DNA from: an uncultured Myxococcales bacterium
Lineage (GTDB): Bacteria; Desulfobacterota; Binatia; UBA1149; CAITLU01
Direction of reading: 5' to 3'
DNA length: 39,110 nt
NCBI GenBank assembly: GCA_964475235.1
Contig: CAYYVZ010000002.1
Span: 1-39,110, forward strand
Shown: piece after piece, positions 18,279 through 25,100 of the stretch
Layout: every line of letters starts with the position of its first letter
Numbering within the stretch: the first letter of the stretch is position 1
The notes under the pieces: model-generated
What the model was told of the DNA's origin: nothing
The model's input: only the letters and a program-made list of their open reading frames with translations
Database searches by the model: none
Program-made: the position numbers and the translations under genes

Positions 18279-18941
18279 CTACTGGCAGGCGCAGGCGCGG
18301 AGGACGTCGAATGCGCTCGAACCGGAATCCGTTGCTGGATTGGTGCAGCGGGCCCGGAACGGCATGCCGGTCGATGTCGTGCAGCCGTAGCCCCCTGCGC
18401 AGCCGGCGAAACCGCTCTGCATGCCGCTGCCGGGGGCGCCGAGGCCGTTGAGAATCGCCTCGCAGTTGGCGGCCGAACCGCTTCCGCTACCCGCCACGCT
18501 CGATGTGGCCGAATCGTAAGGCCGGTAGTGCGCGCCGCAGACCTGATCGCAACTCTGGCCCGCGCTTCCCAGGAACCAGCATTCGCCCCCGAACTCGAAG
18601 TCGCACAGACCGCTGCCATGGAGCGCAGTGGCGACGATCTGCGCATGTCCGCTGAGGTACGACTGGATCGACGAGGAGTCCGAATTGGTCGGACATGCGC
18701 CTTCCGCCTTCGTTTCGAGCTTGCTCCACGAGTCAGCGAACTTCTCGTCGCACTTGGTGAAGTCGGCCCCGCCCTCTGTCTTGATCGCTTTCCCGTACGC
18801 GGCGTGTCGGCAGGCGAAGTACTTGCCTACCGCCTTGTTCTTGCCCGCTTCGCACTTTCCCGCAGCATCGAGCGCGTGAGCAGGTTGCGCCAGTACGGCA
18901 GCCGCGAACGCCAGAACGGCGATTCGTCCCAGATCCCTCAT
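18279..18941 (-). CDS. Secreted cysteine-rich protein of unknown function, 220 aa
   Basis: Signal peptide MRDLGRIAVLAFAAAVLAQPAHA. A helical Lys/Cys module reads GKCEAGKNKAVGKYFACRHAAYGKAIK...TKCDEKFADSWSKLETKAEGACP. The C-terminal Cys/Gly/Ser-rich module reads GECWFLGSAGQSCDQVCG...GCAGGYGC...LRACACQ. GGGAGGG lies upstream of the ATG at 18941. Confidence 0.75.
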   Translation of the reverse strand: MRDLGRIAVLAFAAAVLAQPAHALDAAGKCEAGKNKAVGKYFACRHAAYGKAIKTEGGADFTKCDEKFADSWSKLETKAEGACPTNSDSSSIQSYLSGHAQIVATALHGSGLCDFEFGGECWFLGSAGQSCDQVCGAHYRPYDSATSSVAGSGSGSAANCEAILNGLGAPGSGMQSGFAGCAGGYGCTTSTGMPFRARCTNPATDSGSSAFDVLRACACQ

Positions 18942-19397
18942 GTTGTGATCCCTCCCCGCGGGAGCCACGCCGGTTCCCGGCGATGTCCGCGCGCAACGCG
19001 ATAGAGCACTGGCCAAGCTGTCGCAAAGAGTACGCCTCTGACTCCATCGCGTTTTTTCCGCGCGTGCACTGCATGAGAAACGCGGCTCGCTCGACCAACG
19101 GGCAAGGCGCCCAAATCGAAACACGGTCGCCCCGAAGGAGAAGCGTCATGGGAAAGGAAACTCATCAGGGGAGAGTGCAGGACGAGGGAGCGCCGTTTCC
19201 GATCGAGCGTCAGCGCCGTCGAGTGGCAGACCAGGGCACAGGCGGGCAGGGCGGCTCGGGCGCCGGCGGCGTCCAGAAAGGTGAGGCCCACAGCCGAGAC
19301 CGCGAGAAGGACAAGAAAGGCCGTCGCAACAAAGGGCGAACCGAGCACTGAAAAACACCGGGGCAGTCATGGATCGCCCCGCGGTGAACGGACGTCG

Positions 19398-20729
19398 TCA
19401 GTCCGGCCCGAGCGTGAAGTAGAACGTCGCGCCGCGGTCGGGCTCGCTCTCGGCCCACACGCGGCCGCCGTGACGGCGCGCGACGCGCCGTGCGATGGCG
19501 AGCCCGACACCTTCGCCCTCGAACTCGCCCACGTGGTGAAGTCGCTCGAACGTCTCGTAGATCCTCGAGGCGTAGCGCATGTCGAAGCCGGTGCCGCTGT
19601 CGCGGACGAAAAACACGCGGCCCACGTGTCCGACGCGCACCGTTGCCGGATCGCGGCCGCGCGTGAACTTCCACGCATTGGCCATGAGCTCGTGCAGGAG
19701 GCTTCGCACCAGAGCGGGATCGCCTACGGCGGTCATCCCGCCGTCGATGCCGAGGTCCACGCGGTGGTCGGGTTCGAGGCGTGCCAGCTTGGCGCCGAGC
19801 TCGGTCGCGATCTGCGTGAGGTCCACGGTTTTCTCTTCGAGCGGCTTGCCGGCCACGCGCGAGATCTCGAGCATCGCGTCCACCATGCGGTCCATGCGTG
19901 CCGTTGCCGAGGCGACTCGTGCGAGCTGTTCGCGGTGGTCGTCGTCGAGGCTCTCGGCAAGGTCGTCGCGCAGCATCTGCGTGAAGCTCGCGATGTGGCG
20001 CAGCGGCTGGCGAAGGTCGTGGGAGATGGCGCGCGTGGTCGCGCGCTGGTCCTCGAGCGTGGCTTCGAGCTCGGCCGTGCGGCTCTTCACCTTGGCTTCG
20101 AGCTGGTCGGCCAGGTTGCGGATGCGCGAGCGAGCCTCGACGAGCTTCAGGTTCTCGGCGGCGGCCCTGTCGAAGAGCCGGCGCGAGCCGTACGCGACGA
20201 ACAGCGACAGCACGAAGGCGGCCGTCGTGTCCACGATGACGGGAATGTGCGGATCGCCGGCGGGGTAGGGGCCGAGCTTCCAGATCGCGAAGTAGAACAT
20301 CGCGGCACAGGTCGCGATGTTCATGGCCTGGATGCGAAGCCCCCACGGCAGCACGGCCGAGGTCAGCAGCGTCAGCATCGTCTGGAGGATGCCGGCGATG
20401 GCGGGATTGTTGCGCGACACCGCCCCGTACGACGAGAGGCCGGCCATGAACGTGACGAGGATCCAGCCCCACAGGACCTGGTGCTTCGTGAACGCCGGCC
20501 GGTAACTGGCCAGGACGAAGGCGAGCACGGCGACGAGTCCGGCGAGGCGCAGCGGCGTGTACGGCGCGGGAAGCGACTCCCGGAGAACGACGGTGCCGAG
20601 GAGCAGAATGGCGATGACGGTCGCGCAGGCCAGGCCGATCAGGCGCAGTCGCTCCGTCACGCTGCGTTCGCGCACTTCGGCGACGGCCCGCGCAAGGCTG
20701 GCCTCGTCGTACTCCTGGTCCAAAGACAT
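19398..20729 (-). CDS. Membrane sensor histidine kinase, 443 aa: N-terminal 5-6 TM module, coiled coil, HisKA, HATPase_c
   Basis: H-box AISHDLRQPLRHI, N-box HELMANAWKF, G-boxes VRDSGTGF and GEGVGLAI. I prefer the ATG at 20729 (MSLDQEYDE) to the TTG at 20744. Confidence 0.88.
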   Translation of the reverse strand: MSLDQEYDEASLARAVAEVRERSVTERLRLIGLACATVIAILLLGTVVLRESLPAPYTPLRLAGLVAVLAFVLASYRPAFTKHQVLWGWILVTFMAGLSSYGAVSRNNPAIAGILQTMLTLLTSAVLPWGLRIQAMNIATCAAMFYFAIWKLGPYPAGDPHIPVIVDTTAAFVLSLFVAYGSRRLFDRAAAENLKLVEARSRIRNLADQLEAKVKSRTAELEATLEDQRATTRAISHDLRQPLRHIASFTQMLRDDLAESLDDDHREQLARVASATARMDRMVDAMLEISRVAGKPLEEKTVDLTQIATELGAKLARLEPDHRVDLGIDGGMTAVGDPALVRSLLHELMANAWKFTRGRDPATVRVGHVGRVFFVRDSGTGFDMRYASRIYETFERLHHVGEFEGEGVGLAIARRVARRHGGRVWAESEPDRGATFYFTLGPD

Positions 20730-20944
20730 GAGCGGGCCCCCCAAAGGCTCGCGCCGACCGGCAACTACCGAATGGGTCCGACCTCCAACCTGCCCTCACG
20801 GCAGGCATCCCCAGGAGTCGAACCCGTGGCTTGGCTATAGAGGTCGCGTGGCCGTTTCGCCACCACTTTTCTGGATGGCGAGCTCGAAGGGATCGAGGAG
20901 TCGCCGGCCGGTCGATCGATCTTCGGAGAACTTCGGGAAGCGAT

Positions 20945-20979
20945 TGCGGGCGCCGCGCAAGTTTCTCGCACGGCGCCCG
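20945..20979 (-). terminator. Strong hairpin 10 nt downstream of the stop of the secreted-repeat-protein gene
   Basis: Perfect 10-bp stem GCGGGCGCCG / CGGCGCCCGC with a 15-nt loop. The U-tract is weak. Confidence 0.5.
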
Positions 20980-20988
20980 CAGGCCTGA

Positions 20989-21882
20989 TTACTTGTGGCC
21001 CTTGTCGGCGCCCTTTCCGCCGTCGCCTTTCTCGCTCGCACCTCGCCCGTCGGATTGGCCTCCACCCGGGCTGTGCGCCTTGCCTGAGCTATTGTTGCCG
21101 GCTGCGCTCTTCGCCTTGCTGGGGCCCTGGCTGCCGCCTGCGCTTCTCGCCTTGCTGGGCGCCTGATTGCCGCCCGAGCTGCGCGCCTTGCTCGGCGGCT
21201 GGCTGCCGCCCGCGCTTTTCGCCTTGCTGGGCGCCTGGTCGCCGCCCGAGCTGCGCATCTTGCTGTCACCCTGGCCGGACGAGCGTCCCGACGATTTCGG
21301 CTGCTCCATGCGGGCAGGCCCGCTGTCGCTGCGATTCGCCGGTGCGTTCCTCTCCTGGATCTGCTGCTCGGGCCGGGCACCGCTCTTTTCGTAGCGGTCA
21401 TCCCGACGGCCGGCATCGCGCACCGTGCGGTCCCAGTGGCGGTCGCGCTTCCACGAGCTCCAGTTCCGCTCGACGTCGTTGTAGTTCACGCGCTCGTGCT
21501 CCCAGCGGCGGCCGTCCCAGTCGTGATTGCGGTATCGCGTCCGCCAGTCGCGCGGAATTCCCGAGTAGAAGACCGGCACGCTGCCGTAGGTCTCCCAGCC
21601 GCGATCGTAGTAGCTCGACCGGTACCAGCGGCCTTCCCACGGCCTCCACCAGAACCCGTCGTAGAAGAAGATCTCCGCCTCGTAGTCCGGCACAGCGTAG
21701 GCGTAGGACCCCGGAAGCGCCACGAGCGTCGGAGCCGCGTGGAACGAGATGGAGGGCAACGGAATTCCGATGCCCACGTGGATGCTCTGGGCCTCGGCGC
21801 GCACGGCGCCTATGCCCGCAACTGCGGCAAAGGTCGCCGTAAGGACCAGCATCCTGCTGTTCTTCGATATCTTCGTGCTCAT
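20989..21882 (-). CDS. Secreted protein, 297 aa: Trp/Tyr/Arg-rich N-terminal domain plus a Gly/Ser/Lys-rich repetitive tail
   Basis: AAGGAG RBS followed by ATG at 21882. Signal peptide MSTKISKNSRMLVLTATFAAVAGIGAVRAEA. The domain reads PGSYAYAVPDYEAEIFFYDGFWWRPWEGRWYRSSYYDRGW. The tail holds 12-aa repeats of consensus (S/A)GG(S/N/D)Q(A/P/G)PSKA(K/R)S. Confidence 0.8.
   Translation of the reverse strand: MSTKISKNSRMLVLTATFAAVAGIGAVRAEAQSIHVGIGIPLPSISFHAAPTLVALPGSYAYAVPDYEAEIFFYDGFWWRPWEGRWYRSSYYDRGWETYGSVPVFYSGIPRDWRTRYRNHDWDGRRWEHERVNYNDVERNWSSWKRDRHWDRTVRDAGRRDDRYEKSGARPEQQIQERNAPANRSDSGPARMEQPKSSGRSSGQGDSKMRSSGGDQAPSKAKSAGGSQPPSKARSSGGNQAPSKARSAGGSQGPSKAKSAAGNNSSGKAHSPGGGQSDGRGASEKGDGGKGADKGHK
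21060..21275. repeat. Six tandem 36-bp units, in frame, inside the 3' end of the 20989-21882 gene
   Basis: The motif cgccttgc(t/c) recurs at 21076, 21112, 21148, 21184 and 21220, with a degenerate copy at 21256. The period is exactly 36 bp. There are no spacers, so this is not a CRISPR array. Confidence 0.85.
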
Positions 21883-22130
21883 CTGTGTCTCCTTTCGCTT
21901 GCGCGATCGGCTCACGAAGAAGACCCGCCACCGGAGGCAAGCAACTTCGTTCGCGCCTTCTGGAGAGACGTGGCGCGAAGAGTTGTCATTCCCATTCGGT
22001 CAAAAGGAGACCCACTTGCCACCCGATGACGACTCGATCGCGCATGTTCTTCGACAGAGGTGCCGATGGAGCGCCGGAGCGCGTGGAGCGAACAGGGATG
22101 ACAGAGAGGGAAGGGGGGTCGCAGCCCCGA

Positions 22131-25100
22131 TCACTCGATGACGACGCGAGTGCTCGCGGAGTGCCCGTAGACGTCCGGCGAGTACATCTCCTCGGCGCGA
22201 GCCGGCGGTACCACGAACGTTCCGGGGGTCGTCGCGCGTGCCGTGTACTCGTAGTCGTGGGAGCCGGGCCAGAGCAGCGAAGCGAATGCTTCCGCTCGGT
22301 CGTCGCGAAGATTCTGGTGGATCTGCCACGTCCTGTTCCACCAGCCGAAGTACATGTCGTCTTCGTAGAAGTCGTAGTAGCTCGGCGTCGCACCGGTGCC
22401 GGAGACGGGAGCAATGGGTTCGAGGCCGGCCGGAAGCGGATCCACCAGGGCGACCTGGTAGCGGCGTTCGTTGTTCCTCATCCCCACACGGACTTTCACG
22501 CGCGCGCCGAGGCGGATCTTCCACGACCCGTCGCCCTGCTGGACGACGTCGCGTGGATCGTCGGCGCCCTCGTACCGGCGGTCGACGACGAAGCCGCGCT
22601 CGGCAGGAACGAGGTCGAGCGCTTTCGGCGCGTAGCGCAGCGCTGCGCGGTAATAGAGCCTTCCCGGCCCGTCCTTGGCGATGGCAAGCGGCCCCTTCGA
22701 GCGCGCGAGGATGTCCGGCGTCGAGACCTTGAACGCCGCGCTCTCCGTGGAGCGCCCGCGGAACGCGTGCTCGCCGGCAAACCCATCGCCGAGCCAGACC
22801 TTCGCGAGAAAGTCCGGCTCTTCCTTCTCGAACGTTCGGAAGTACGTGTTGAGCGCAAGCAGCGCGAAGGCGTTGTCCTGGGTGTTCGACCACTGGCCCG
22901 ACTTGCGCTGCGCGAGCAGGCCGGCCGTGAGCTTCGGAATGACGGCGAGATCGGGACGTGCGCGAATCAGCGCCTCGAGCACCACGCCGTCGCTGCGGGT
23001 GGTGCTGTAGAACAGCAGCCTCGCGCGGTCTTCGTAGTCGGCCGGGAAGCTCGCGGTGCCGGAAGTCTCGCGCACGCGGCCGAGCACGCAGTCGGTGAGC
23101 GCCTTCTTCTCGGGTGTCTTCGTCGCGGCGATCGCCCCGAGCATCCAGCCGCAGGCTTCGGCCGGGACCTTGTCCGTGCCGCCGGCGCGCGCGATCACTT
23201 CGCGGACCCTGGCGACGTCCACGTCGCCGGAGAGAGCACGCACGTAGAGCGCATAGCTCGACGGCACCGCGCGCATCCACGAGGTGTAGAAGTCCGGGAC
23301 GGAGCCTTCGACGGTTCGCAGATAGCCGAGGCCCTTCTCGATCGCTTCGGGCGGGACTTCGTAACCGCGCTCCTTCGCACGAAGAAGCGCGTGCGTCGCG
23401 TGCGCCGTGACGAACGGGCTGGACGCCTCGCTCGCGCTCCACAGCCCGAAGCCTCCATTGGCCCCCTGCCGCTTGACGAGCTCCTTCAGGTGAGCCTCGA
23501 CGCTGCTGCGGATCGCCTCGGGGCTCGGCAAGCCGGACGCACGGAAGGAGGACAGGACGTCTTCCATCGCAACCACGGCGAGGATGCGCGACGACATCTG
23601 CTCCGCACATTCGTAGGGGTACTTGACCAGATAGAGGATCGCGTCGGTGAGCGACTGGAGGTTGGTGGACGAGGTGGTGACGTCGAGGCCGCCGACTCCG
23701 GGCCAGACGCCGTCCGGAAGCGCGAGGGGATGATGGACGGCGCCTTCGTCGACGACGCCGTAGACGGAAGCCGACTGCATCGCAGCCGGTGTGGATACGG
23801 GAAGCGTGACGCTCGCCGCATCTCCGGCCTCGCTGCTGGCCGCGACCACGTCGAAGGAAGCCTGGCCCGGAACGCCGGCGGCCGCCGGGAAGCGAAGCTC
23901 GACGCGGTCGTTCGCGGGGATCGTCACTTCGCGTCCGGCGCCCTGCGTGAGCGAAAGATTGCTCGCGCGCAGGGCGACCTTCACCGACGCTTCACGATCC
24001 GTCCGGTTCTGCACGACGACCGGCAGGTCGAACACGTCGCCGAAGTTGAGAAAGCGCGGTGCGCTCGGCCTCACCACCAGCGGCAACTCGGCGGTGATCG
24101 ACGCTTCCGCCTTGCCGAAGCGCGCGGCATCCGCGGCGGCGATGGCCATGATGCGGTAGCGCGTCACGCTGTCGGGCAGCTTGAACGAAGCGGAGGCCCT
24201 CCCTTCGGCGTCGGTCACGAGCGCGGGGAAGAACGCTGCGAGCGGGCTCATGTCCTTGCGCAGGAAGAGGGGAGGCGGCGCGTCACCGAAGCCTCCCGGC
24301 GCCTCCTCCGGCTCTCCGTACGCGCCGCCCAGGGCTTCGCCGGCCGGAACCTCGCCGCGCAGCAGCAGGTGCTCGCGTGAATGCCAGTCGCTGGCTCCCG
24401 GCCCGCGGTCTGGATGGAACGTTTTGATGGGATCGCCGAGAGAGTGGTTGGAGAGCGCAAGGATCGCCTCGTCCACGACGAACACCGCCACTTCGGCGCC
24501 GGCAACCGGCGCGCCCTTCGCGTCGCGCACGGAGATGGCGAAGCCGGCCTCGCTTGCCGGTGTGACGCTCGCGCGATCGGGAGCGACCGACACGTCGAGG
24601 ATCCGCGACTTCGGCGTCACCCGGAACTGGATCGCACCGCTCGCGTACGCAGGCCGGGGCGGCAGCGGAGCGCCGCCGTCCGGCTGCGTTCGCGGCGCCT
24701 GGCCGACGGCATCCACCTGCACCTGGAAACTCGGGGCCAGCGAGTCGGTGATGGGTACGTCGATCGACATGGTTCGCTCGAGCCGAAGCCGCTTCGTGTC
24801 GACGATGCCGCTGCGGCGAATCGTGACGGTCGCCTCGGCCGGATAGAACGGCGCGCCGATGGTGACTCTTGCGGTCTCGCCGCCGGCGTACTGCCTGCGG
24901 ATGCTCGAGAGCTCGATCTTCTCCTCCCGGACTCCCGTCGATTCGTCGCGATACCATCCGCTCGCATAGAAGGACGAGACCGTCTGGCTCACCCGTCCCT
25001 GCGGATCGGCAATCGACGCGAGGATGTCGTAGCTGCCGCCTTTCGCCGCATGAAAGCGGCAGGTCACCGGCTCGCGACCGCTCGTCACGAAGCAGCGCTG

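Noticed and set aside
18938-19348. 136-aa minus-strand ORF with a TM-like N-terminus and an ATGA overlap with the Cys-rich protein gene
   Set aside because: By hand count, GC3 drops from about 75% in the first 50 codons to about 55% in the remainder, against about 85-90% in real genes here. The C-terminal half is not protein-like. It is kept only as a low-confidence alternative in the finding for 18942-19397.
20766-20880. tRNA-like signal on the minus strand: GGGTTCGACTCC T-loop-like motif followed by GGATGCC, with a roughly complementary GCCATCC 76 nt upstream
   Set aside because: I tried to fold it by hand. The T-stem has only 4 pairs including a G-U, there is no D-arm, no 5-7-5 anticodon arm can be drawn, the acceptor stem has a C-C mismatch, and there is no CCA or conserved U8/G18G19. 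It could at most be a decayed tRNA 3' fragment, and no integrase is nearby to support an att-site reading. tRNAscan-SE or ARAGORN would settle it.
21060-21275. Possible CRISPR array, because of regularly spaced 36-bp repeats
   Set aside because: The repeats are directly tandem with no spacers, lie in frame inside a coding gene and encode a 12-aa peptide repeat. No cas genes are present.
21990-22141. Small plus-strand ORF with an AAAGGAGA RBS and a TTG start (LPPDDDSIAHVLRQRCRW..., about 42 aa) in the gap upstream of the repeat-protein gene
   Set aside because: It is short, Arg/Gly-rich and overlaps the A2M stop region. The RBS-like string is simply the complement of a pyrimidine tract on the coding (minus) side. 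Nothing supports it.
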